From Schmidtea polychroa (taxonomy: Eukaryota), in NCBI GenBank assembly GCA_044892525.1, contig CM097885.1, positions 48,424,001 through 48,488,000 on the forward strand: a DNA stretch of 64,000 bases, given 5' to 3'. Shown piece after piece: positions 42,033 to 52,179 of the stretch. Every line of letters begins with the position of its first letter. Positions within the stretch are counted from its first letter, which is position 1. A program made the translations under genes and the position numbers. The notes below the pieces were generated by a model. It saw only the letters and a list, made by a program, of their open reading frames with translations, was not told the origin of the DNA and searched no databases.

Positions 42033-45000
42033 TTAGATCACATTGAAAGATTCGAGTCGTAAGTCATTTATAGTATGCTGTCTATTTCCACACAAAATGA
42101 TTGTTATTACTCTTAACCTAAGCGATAGTATGAGGAATACTGTCAGTATGAGGTATATCGAATATTCACAGATGATTAAAGTTTGACCAATCTCAATTTG
42201 AGTCCGTTTATTTATTAGACGATTGTTAAATTGATATTGACTTGTAGAAGTTGGACGTGTAATGGTTATGTCGGATTTCAGCTTTGGCACCATTTTTGTC
42301 TCCAATAAAGTTGTTTGCCATCGATATGGCTCGAATATCCGTTGTTGGTATTTAATTTTTATCAGGTAATTATATTCTAAATTAGGAGTAATAAATGAAA
42401 AATAGCTTTTACCGGCATCCAACAAAACGATAATTTTTTGTCCACTACAGAAAATGCTTCTTTTGTCGATTTCCGAATTTTGATATGCTATTGCTAATTT
42501 ATTTTGAACTGTAAAAACTACTCGATTTGACTCGTTTTTCCAATGGTTTAACTGGCTGTCAACTTTAAACAATGACCATTTATTTTCTATCACTTTCTCA
42601 TTGTTAAATAATTCATTTGTTTTTACTTTAACTATAATTTGATTGTTGAATTTTCCAGGAGTGTATGTCTCATTTGGCTCATTCTTCCAAGGAGGCTTAA
42701 AATTTGCCTTTAGCTCTCGTGCTACGTAAGTATTTTTGTCATAATTCGGTGTGAATGGCTCTCGTAAGTTATTATTCTCTATTTGTTTTGCTGTAATTAA
42801 CACTTTATTAATATAGCTGTTTAAAGTTTTATTTTTGGTAAATATTTGTTGAAGTTTCGTGTCCTTTTTTGTTTCATTTTCCCAATCTTTGAAATTTTCC
42901 CTCTCGTTTTCTTTCAGATCAGTACTCACAATTTTATATTCTTTATAAATTTTTACATTTCTAGGAATTTTCTTTTTAATTTGAGAATAATCATATACTA
43001 CCAATAACGTTGTATTGTTGATGATTCCTAAAATTACAAAAACAAACATCGTCAACCATGTATATATCATTTTTGCCCTTTTAAACTCATACACCCTTTT
43101 TGAATTCCTCGGTTTTAGTACCAAATTTTTCCATCCACCATTATATTTTATCCAGTTTGTCACATATGTATTTGCCACTTTGGTGGCTTTTTCGATCCAC
43201 CTTTCCATTTTTTCCGAGTCCAAACAACCATGTCTGCCAATTTTCAAGACAATACAAGCTAGAACCGTCAATACTACGTCTCTGTTCAAACCCTTATTAA
43301 TTAACTTCTTGATTACTGTTTCATCACAAAATACATTTCCTTTAACGCTAAGTTGCAGTATGATTGGAAATCTCCTTTTCACCTGTTTCGCAAGTTGTTG
43401 CATAAATTCATTTTCATATATATTCTCTTCATTTAGTGCATATATTTCCATTACCAACCTTTTTAAAATCACTTTTATTTCAATAAAATCATTTAAATCT
43501 GTTTTTACATCGCTTAAATCGTCTTTTTCTGTTAACTCACACTTTTTCCGCTTACGGTTATTTGATTTATCAGTATTACCAATTTCAACAAACTTCGATT
43601 CGCCTTTTATTTCTTCCGTTTTTATCGGCTTGTCATTCATATTATAAACTTCTTGATTTACTGCATCAGTTTCATTGACATCAGTTATATTTCCATTTCG
43701 CACTTCATGTAAAATTTTGTTTTTTGACTCAAAACCTTTCAACTCAGCTTCATTTAGCTCCTCGGATAATTCAGTTTTAATTGCTCTAATCTCATCATCT
43801 TCCTCTTTTACGATTCTAGGACAGTGAGTTACAATAACCTCGTTTTCAGACATGTCATCCTTTGGCTTCATTGCATAAACATTATTTATGTCATTTGGAT
43901 TAAATCCGCAATTAACTAAATTTTCGTCATCGTCCAACACTATTCCTTTGTAAGTCAGTACAATAATCTCATTATTTCCCATTGTTTCTGCAGCTTTTTG
44001 TCGTAATTTTGACACCTTAACGCTCCAGTGCTCTTGAAAGTATTCAACTTTTCCATCAATATTTAGAGCTATCATTAATGATTTTGAATTACACTCAGGT
44101 TCTCTGTAATCATATTTTAATTTCCGTAGAGTTTCCTTTAATCTGGTTTGATATTTCGTTTCTTTATGAATATGCGGCAAAATACATTCGAACAGCTTCT
44201 CTTTATCTTTTCCATTCATTTTTAAACTCATCACTATTTCAAGACATTTATTGATCTCGTCCTCATCTCCGATATATAACATGTCTCGCAAATTCCCTAA
44301 AGTTTCGTTCCAATTTTTAAAATCTGAATTTGAATGATTAAAAGTATCCAAAATATTTACCTCATTTTTTAATCCAGGGATTAAACCACAATCTACCAAG
44401 TATTTCTCATCCCTCAGTTGTCCCATTTGCCGTTGTGTCAATTTCACGCTGCCTTTATTGTATTTAGCCAGAATAAGCATTGTCAAATCTTTGATTTGTC
44501 CATAAGGATTGATAGAAAATTGAGCTTTAATACCATTGATGTCTGTGGTCTCCACGATAATATTATCCAAATCGTTTTTGGATCTTAATGCTTTTCCAAA
44601 TGTTCTCATTAATTTAGCAATTTCCTCATCTTGGAGTATGCTGTAAAGCTTAGAACATAAGTTCAATGCACTTTTCAATTTCTTATGACTAAGTTGGATC
44701 TGACTTAACTCTGTAACCAACTCTTTCAATCTTGGATTGTTTGTTTCCATATTTTCGAGCCATCTTTCCATTTTATTTAATAACAACGTAGCCTTTTCGT
44801 TCAACAAGTCATTTTTTACTTTATTAGCAAAGTTTTCCGAAATATTTTCGTACGCCATATAAGAGTCTGCTTCATCATCAAATTCAATTTTCGACATCAA
44901 CTTGTCTAATTTTTTCCTCATTTCTCGAACTTCATTTTCCATCTTTTCTTTAAAGTCGTCTTTTTGAGCATAAGCTACATTGGCATTGATTGATTCATCT

Positions 45001-45953
45001 TGAAATTTACTTGATTTCTTGGGATATCTAGAAGGTGATATAGTTCTTGAAAAACAATTTCTGCTAATGTGGCCCATTTTTCCACATCGATAACATTCAA
45101 TGTCACCATTGTTTGGCTTATTTTCAGTAAGTCTTCCTTTGGGACTCATATTTCTACCATTTCTGAACCAACATTGATTTGAATAATGTCTAGGCTTCTT
45201 GCAAAACTCGCATATAATATTATTCGATATCTCATTTATTTGATTGCTAAAAGTTGCTTTATTAACTTCCAATTTATTACCTAATCTTGGAGAGCTGTTT
45301 TGTTGAATTGGTTCTTTTGATTTCCATTGATTCTTTACTGGAGTTATCGACCTTTCTCTTTTCTCGGCATTTGCGGCAAATACTTCAGATTTTCTGGTAC
45401 TTTTTAAATTCAATTCAATTTTCATTTCTTTCTTCACGAGTTCATCGAAATTCGAAAAATCCACGTAGCATAGTGCTTTTTTTATTTCAGAATGGGCTCC
45501 AGTTATAAATTGATCTTCTAGCAATTCTTTGACTTGTTTCACCATCTCCCCTTGTTCAGGTTTTGCTTCGAAGGCCTTGTCTGCTAAAGTCGTTAAATTG
45601 TATGCGAATTCACTTACCGATTCATTTGGATTTTGTACTCTGGCATAAAATATTTGTCGCATTATCCTTTTAATATAGCCTCCCACCAATTTCATTGCCA
45701 TAGCGTCTTTGAGTTTGGCCCAATCATTTCCAACTGTCTTTCTATCCACTTGCTGCCAAGCTTCTCTCGCAGCTCCTTTTAAATAGAGTGGGAATCTTTG
45801 TACCATTATTGATTGTGACCACCCATAGGCTGAAGCGTACATATAATAATCGCCCATGAAATCGGCAAAATCAACCGGGTCTCCTCCATACTGATTCACC
45901 GGTAATTTTTGACAACTGGCAAAATCTATCATCTCAGCGTTCTCTCTGGCCAT
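42033..45953 (-). CDS. gag: Gag polyprotein: capsid, 2 CCHC knuckles, 2 ubiquitin-like domains, Bcl-2-like domain, TM segment, degenerate aspartic protease motif (about 1306 aa from the first ATG)
   Basis: Capsid motifs LYLKGAAREAW and QNPNESVSEFAYNL; knuckles CEFCKKPRHYSNQC and CYRCGKMGHISRNC; UBL-type LTYKGIVLDDDENLVNCGF; BH2-type WIKYNGGW; protease-like IVLLDAGKSY. Confidence 0.9.
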   Translation of the reverse strand: MARENAEMIDFASCQKLPVNQYGGDPVDFADFMGDYYMYASAYGWSQSIMVQRFPLYLKGAAREAWQQVDRKTVGNDWAKLKDAMAMKLVGGYIKRIMRQIFYARVQNPNESVSEFAYNLTTLADKAFEAKPEQGEMVKQVKELLEDQFITGAHSEIKKALCYVDFSNFDELVKKEMKIELNLKSTRKSEVFAANAEKRERSITPVKNQWKSKEPIQQNSSPRLGNKLEVNKATFSNQINEISNNIICEFCKKPRHYSNQCWFRNGRNMSPKGRLTENKPNNGDIECYRCGKMGHISRNCFSRTISPSRYPKKSSKFQDESINANVAYAQKDDFKEKMENEVREMRKKLDKLMSKIEFDDEADSYMAYENISENFANKVKNDLLNEKATLLLNKMERWLENMETNNPRLKELVTELSQIQLSHKKLKSALNLCSKLYSILQDEEIAKLMRTFGKALRSKNDLDNIIVETTDINGIKAQFSINPYGQIKDLTMLILAKYNKGSVKLTQRQMGQLRDEKYLVDCGLIPGLKNEVNILDTFNHSNSDFKNWNETLGNLRDMLYIGDEDEINKCLEIVMSLKMNGKDKEKLFECILPHIHKETKYQTRLKETLRKLKYDYREPECNSKSLMIALNIDGKVEYFQEHWSVKVSKLRQKAAETMGNNEIIVLTYKGIVLDDDENLVNCGFNPNDINNVYAMKPKDDMSENEVIVTHCPRIVKEEDDEIRAIKTELSEELNEAELKGFESKNKILHEVRNGNITDVNETDAVNQEVYNMNDKPIKTEEIKGESKFVEIGNTDKSNNRKRKKCELTEKDDLSDVKTDLNDFIEIKVILKRLVMEIYALNEENIYENEFMQQLAKQVKRRFPIILQLSVKGNVFCDETVIKKLINKGLNRDVVLTVLACIVLKIGRHGCLDSEKMERWIEKATKVANTYVTNWIKYNGGWKNLVLKPRNSKRVYEFKRAKMIYTWLTMFVFVILGIINNTTLLVVYDYSQIKKKIPRNVKIYKEYKIVSTDLKENERENFKDWENETKKDTKLQQIFTKNKTLNSYINKVLITAKQIENNNLREPFTPNYDKNTYVARELKANFKPPWKNEPNETYTPGKFNNQIIVKVKTNELFNNEKVIENKWSLFKVDSQLNHWKNESNRVVFTVQNKLAIAYQNSEIDKRSIFCSGQKIIVLLDAGKSYFSFITPNLEYNYLIKIKYQQRIFEPYRWQTTLLETKMVPKLKSDITITRPTSTSQYQFNNRLINKRTQIEIGQTLIICEYSIYLILTVFLILSLRLRVITIILCGNRQHTINDLRLESFNVI

Positions 45954-46113
45954 CTTTACTTTTCGGTTCCTCAAATTGTATTAACTCACGGCTAAATATT
46001 AAAATTAATAATCAATAATTACTACCTCTTCCAATTTCCAATTATTTTCAATTTTCTTATTACTTTAATTTTCTTCACCTCTTTCACCCTTCAATATTCG
46101 CCCACCAACGTTT

Positions 46114-46132
46114 AATCACGTCGGGCTCACCA
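46114..46132 (-). promoter_or_regulatory. Primer binding site, tRNA-Trp
   Basis: The plus strand AATCACGTCGGGCTCACCA matches the eukaryotic tRNA-Trp 3' end as I recall it (AATCACGTCGGGGTCACCA) with one mismatch. It lies 7 nt from the 5' LTR. Confidence 0.85.
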
Positions 46133-46139
46133 AAATATA

Positions 46140-47129
46140 TGTTGGGTTTTATGATATCAAAATCAACCGTTGGTTACTCTGACTCCACGTGTTCCAAAAT
46201 CAATAAACAAAAACTCCCAACGTATATTTGTTTTATAACAATTCACCACTCAACAATTAATCACACTGTTGGTTAATCACAATTCTTACACAATTTCAGA
46301 TCGAACTCCGCCCTGGAAGGTCTCGGCCTTGTACGATTTAAAAAAATAGGTTTCACCTTTTGTTTGATTCCGCTCTCTGATCCGAACTCTTTTAATATTC
46401 CTTTCTGACTCCTAAATTCCTCTTATAATTCCTTTTTCCCTTTATTTTTATTCCTCGAACTCCTATCGTCTGTTTCTTCGTATCCCTACCTAAGGCTATC
46501 GCCAATTATGTGAATTTTGAGTTTCCTTATATACTCCCATAATCGTTGTAATTGCCCCATTTTTGACCTAATTGGTTTTGACTTCTTCAGCTATCATTCC
46601 CTAATTGACTATTTTTGTTGACCCTCTTCGTAATTCCCTGTCTTTTGTTTACCCTCGTTTATCCGGTTGTTTGGATAATTGCCCTCTGAATTCCTCGTTT
46701 GTTTACCCTTCCAAATTGCCGTGCTCGGGTTTTCTTCATCGCTCGGGTTCTCCATTGGCTCGGGCTTCCCATTAGCTCGGGTTTCCCATTAGCCAATTAA
46801 TTAATTAATTAATATTTTACGTTTTTCCACATTTGTCTGTTTTACGACCCTTTCTACACATTTTCTAACAATTTCTTGCTCACTGTCTTCTTCACCATCC
46901 CTTAATCTACCCTCTCCCGTTTTCCAGCTTCAATTTCGATAACTTTTCACTTTATTCCACTTCCTCCGGTTTGCGCATTTTCCCATTTCATGTCTGATTG
47001 TACCCTTTTATAGTTCTGTTTTTATCATATCTCTCTTTGCCATTGCTTCTCTGCTTGACCGCCATTCAATTTCGGCTTTCCTTTTAATCTGAACTATATA
47101 ATTTAATAATTTATTTTCAAACCTCAACA
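46140..47129 (-). repeat. 5' LTR (990 bp)
   Basis: Direct repeat of 36842-37828. On the minus strand it has a TATA-like GTATATAAG at about 46526-46534 and four CCCGAGC repeats, some with CCAAT-like motifs, at about 46723-46795. Confidence 0.96.
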
Positions 47130-48088
47130 TACTATATTTTATTGACTGGTTTTTTAATTTAATTTTATATAAAAATTAATTTTTATGACAGTTAGGTTAA
47201 TAATCAAGTTTTTACAATAATCAAGTGATAGGATAAATTATTTAATTTTGAAGATGACTTTGTAATTATAATTTGACTAAATAATTTTTCATATATTTTC
47301 TAAGAATATTTCCATTTACACATTGATGAACTTTTAAAAATTGAAAATCTAAAGTTGAAACCAGCTAATTTTATCATGAATTTTATTTGAAATCTCCTTA
47401 TTGTAGGATATACTGAAATTTGTGATTTAGTTTACTATAATTGCTATAATTTGCTGAATCGTTGAAAATATTATGTTAAAATATATATAATATCTAGTCA
47501 AGTATTTGATGGGGTGAAATATTTGTAGAAAATAATGATTTTAGTGAATTTGATCTTTGAAAGTTCTTATTATAATATAGCTACTAAATTATTTCAATGG
47601 AAGAATGTCTGTAACAGTTAAATAAAATTCATATTTTTGAAGAATTTTTTATGGGTTTTAAGAGGATTACATTAAATGGCTCAAGTAGGTGAAATAAGGG
47701 ATGTAGACGGTTGGATAAATAAAAATTGGATAAATAAAACTAAATAAAAATTTATTAAGAAATATGAATAATAATTATACATTATAAGAAAAATTAATAT
47801 AAAAGTTTTATTAGAAAAAAAGTAATATACTATATACATATTAAAAATTATATAAGAAAAATTAATAAAAAATTAATAAAAAATTAAGCAAGAAAAATTA
47901 ATAGAAAATTATACCTATGATGAATATCTTTGTATAAGAAAACTCAATACATATATTAAAAATTATGTATTGTTTTCTTATAAAATAGAATAAAAATTGC
48001 ATATTCAGCAAAAGGACTATTTTCTGAAAAAAATAAAAAGCGATATAAATTAAGACTGAAGTTCAAAGATTTTTCTATCCATAATTAC

Positions 48089-50463
48089 CTAATCCAAGCG
48101 AATTTCTAATTTACGTGAACTTTTTGCTAGTTCATCTAGAACTGCATCTGTAGAAATCGCGACATTACGATGAATATTAAGTAACGCTAATCCATTTAAC
48201 CTATCTTCACTCATTGTGTTGCGTAAATACGTTTTAAGTAGTCTCAATGTTGAAAAGATCGTTCACTGCTTGATGTTGTAACTGGTAGTGTAGCAAATAT
48301 TTTAAGTAATTTTCGAACAGTTGGGAAAATTGAATCGTCGCATGCTAAAAATGCATTATGAGCATTTTTTGGTGTATTCGAAGAATTTAAAACATGGCGC
48401 CACCATAGCTTCAGCTCACCAATGTCCTCAACTATGATATAGTTTGTAATACTATTATATTTTTCTAAAAGAATTTTTGCAGAATTTTCGTGCTCTGATG
48501 AAAAGTTTCGTTCATTTGGCAAAAGACACATAAAACTTTGCAATATATTTTTATGTTTCAGAAACCGATCGTGAATTTGCATCTTTGTAGAATCCACAAA
48601 AGGAATGAAGATGGCAATACGATAATACTCTTCAGGATTTTCAACTACAATGTTGCAGCGATGAACTTGTCTTCCGGTTAGACGAGGAATTCGTATTTCT
48701 ACATTAAGTTCGTCACATATTTTCTTGATGTCACTGAAAATTGTATTAAATTGCTTTTCTATTTCGCGTCGTGTTTCATCTAGCACCTCTTCAACATTTT
48801 CTGCCAGTCCCATTGCAGCGGCCAGATCAAGATTTATTGTTTGTAGTAATCGAGTTATAGCAAAAACCTTGGCAAGAACATGAAGCGATACTTGAAATTC
48901 TGTACTCCTAATAACAGATAGAAGCTGAATTGCAGAAGAAGTTGTTTTGTCATCCCATTCAGAAATAATTTCCATTGCAGAAATTGCAGCTTTTTAAAGC
49001 TCCATAAATACTAGGACGGACTCGTGGCGTTGAATCCATCGTGTGGGACATATTTGTTTTAGTCACGTTGCTGTTGATTCAGATTCCATTTGGTCTATAC
49101 AATTTTTTAGCACGGCTTGGCGCTTTGGGGTGTTAAAAAAATTGTACATACTTCCGATTGATCCTATACAATACCGTATAAATGAAATTTCACAAGCATC
49201 AGAAATAGCGAGGTTTAAACTATGAGATGCACAGTGTACATATAAAGCTAGCTTATTTTCATCACTAACATATTTTTGTGCCCCATGAAATCGTCCACTC
49301 ATTGCTGAAGCTCCATCATAACCTTGTCCAATCATGAATTTTGAATCTATTTCTAGATTACGCATAGTCTGCATTAAAACATTTGCAAGACCCTTACCAG
49401 TCACATCAGAAACAGGTACAAACTGTAAAAAATCTTCTCTGATGTTATTCGAATCAGAATCTACATAACGAAAGCATAATGAAAAATTTTCAATACCAGC
49501 TATATCACTAGTTTCGTCAACCAAAATCGAAAATGATTTCGCACTATTTATTTTAGCAACAATTGAACGAACAACTATTATGTTGCATGCACTTATAATT
49601 TCGTTTTGAATTCTTGAACTCAAATAAGTTGCATTTTTTCCTGAGACCTCTAGATGATTTTTAAGTATTTCATCTCCACGATGGACTGTAAAACGTAAAA
49701 GTGCTCGAAAATTTCCATCATTTTCCTCTGGATTATCAAGTGTTAAAGTGCCAGAGTCTCTATGTCCTCTTAAAGGCAAACTTTGACGACCGCAAAAAAG
49801 TATAGTCTCTATTATTGGAGTTAATCTACTCCGATTTTCTATTATTTGTTTTTTTAGACCGGAGTCCAATGCCAACACTACAGGTTCCATTCTATGCTCG
49901 GAAATTGCTTTACGATTTTGTGCGTGAAGAACGGCTGTTTTATGGCACTCAGTTTCTTGATATTTGTTGAAATTTTCTATACCATCTTTCCAGTTTGAGA
50001 AAGCAGTTTTGGCAAGTTTTCCTAGCGGTTGATGTCCGACACCACCATAATTCGCAGAAAATAATACACAATACTTTCAGAAAGCACCATCCAAAGGTTT
50101 TGAGTATACTAACCATTTCCACCTGCTAAAGCAGCTGTATTGAAACTTTAAATTACATTTTCCACTAACTGGGAATACAAATTTATCGTCAGGATACCAA
50201 ACGTTTTTCAACAAAAATAATCTTTTTTCATCGTCGTATTTGTCTTTTCCAATAAAATTACTAATATCATTAATAATTACATTTGAATCTGATCCTGATG
50301 GAGACTCACATTCACATCCACTTACTGAAGCTGAAGCACTATCATTTTAACTAGGAACAGGAGCAACCTGATCAGCTGTTCTTTCTAAATCACTTGTTTT
50401 AGATTTTTTAACAAAATAATTTGTGAAAGTAGAATTTTTTAATTTTCTTTTCTCGTTATTCAT
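48089..50463 (-). pseudogene. hAT-family transposase (ZMYM1/THAP12-like: TTF zinc finger, DUF4371-type core, hATC dimerisation domain), inactivated
   Basis: Motifs WLVYSKPLDGAF*KYCVLF, PLRGHRD, GNFRALL, FSILVDETSD, GQGYDGASAMSG, YVHCASHSLNL, CPTRW and TLPVTTSSSERSF/LKTYLRNTMSEDRLNGLALLNIH. At least four in-frame stops (about 50348, 50077, 49063, 48994) and one frameshift (about 48250). Confidence 0.93.
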
Positions 50464-50778
50464 CTTCACAAAATATTATATAGAATTAATAAATTTTAAA
50501 ATTAACATTAAACAGAAATTAGACTTTCTCAATTGAAAACAAATTTTAAAATGAACAGTAAGAACAAAAATTAGACTTTCAAGTTCAAGAGAAAACAAAA
50601 AACAAAGTAAATTGAACAAAACAACACTACTCGTGTGAATTTTTTTTAAAAAATTTCGCCGAATATTTTTTAAAATAATACACGTTTGAAAATTTAAAAA
50701 CGCGACTGTTTGGGTCCTGCAATTATTATTATTAGTAATAGAAAGTACATTATTACTATTTTATTTTTATATAGATAT

Positions 50779-50917
<139 letters not shown>

Positions 50918-51289
50918 GATAGATGGGGGCCATCTGGTTCAGGGGCCCTCTGGATCACATACCCCCTCCCCCCTAGTGGAAATTTTTAAAATTCTTTTCA
51001 AGGTCAATTTTTTTTTTAATGTAAAGTTCAATTTTTTGTTAATTTGAAATTCGCGAGTTCCCGACAAGAGATATTATTATTTGAAAATAAAGGTCTTTGA
51101 AACACAGGGATTATTATTCTATATACTCCGAGTTTATCCGACAAGATATTCTGTCACCCCTATGGGTATTGTTCACAAAGGTATTGGTCACACTCAACAA
51201 GTCGCAAGGGTATTATTACACAAATCAATAAAACATATATTTATTTAAACAATAAAATAATTTAACAAGGGTTATGTAAATACAAAGTC

Positions 51290-52010
<721 letters not shown>

Positions 52011-52179
52011 TTTACAAAATTATTATTAGTTTTCATAATAAATTAAGACATTAAAAGATATATTGAATCACAGATCAATTCGATAACAATACGTCATCTA
52101 TATCAATATCATTCTCAACATTGGCTTCATTGTCATCATCATTGAAATCTGGACTCATTCCGCTAAAAAGTGGAGGAAT

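Noticed and set aside
42033..43015. Envelope gene at the end of the gag ORF
   Set aside because: Hydrophobic segments exist, but I see no signal peptide, furin site or Cys pattern of a fusion protein. The first TM fits a Bcl-2 tail anchor.
43015..43647. 210-aa plus-strand ORF and other ORFs antisense to gag, hAT and polB
   Set aside because: These are shadow frames of real coding sequence with no independent motifs.
46114..46132. tRNA gene
   Set aside because: Only the 3'-terminal 19 nt including CCA are present, next to an LTR, so this is a PBS.
47140..47700. Possible decayed BTB/BACK-like coding remnant flanking the LTR element
   Set aside because: Many stops and no convincing motif.
47690..50720. 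TIRs and 8-bp TSD for the hAT element
   Set aside because: I could not find a matching inverted pair, so only the transposase remnant is reported.
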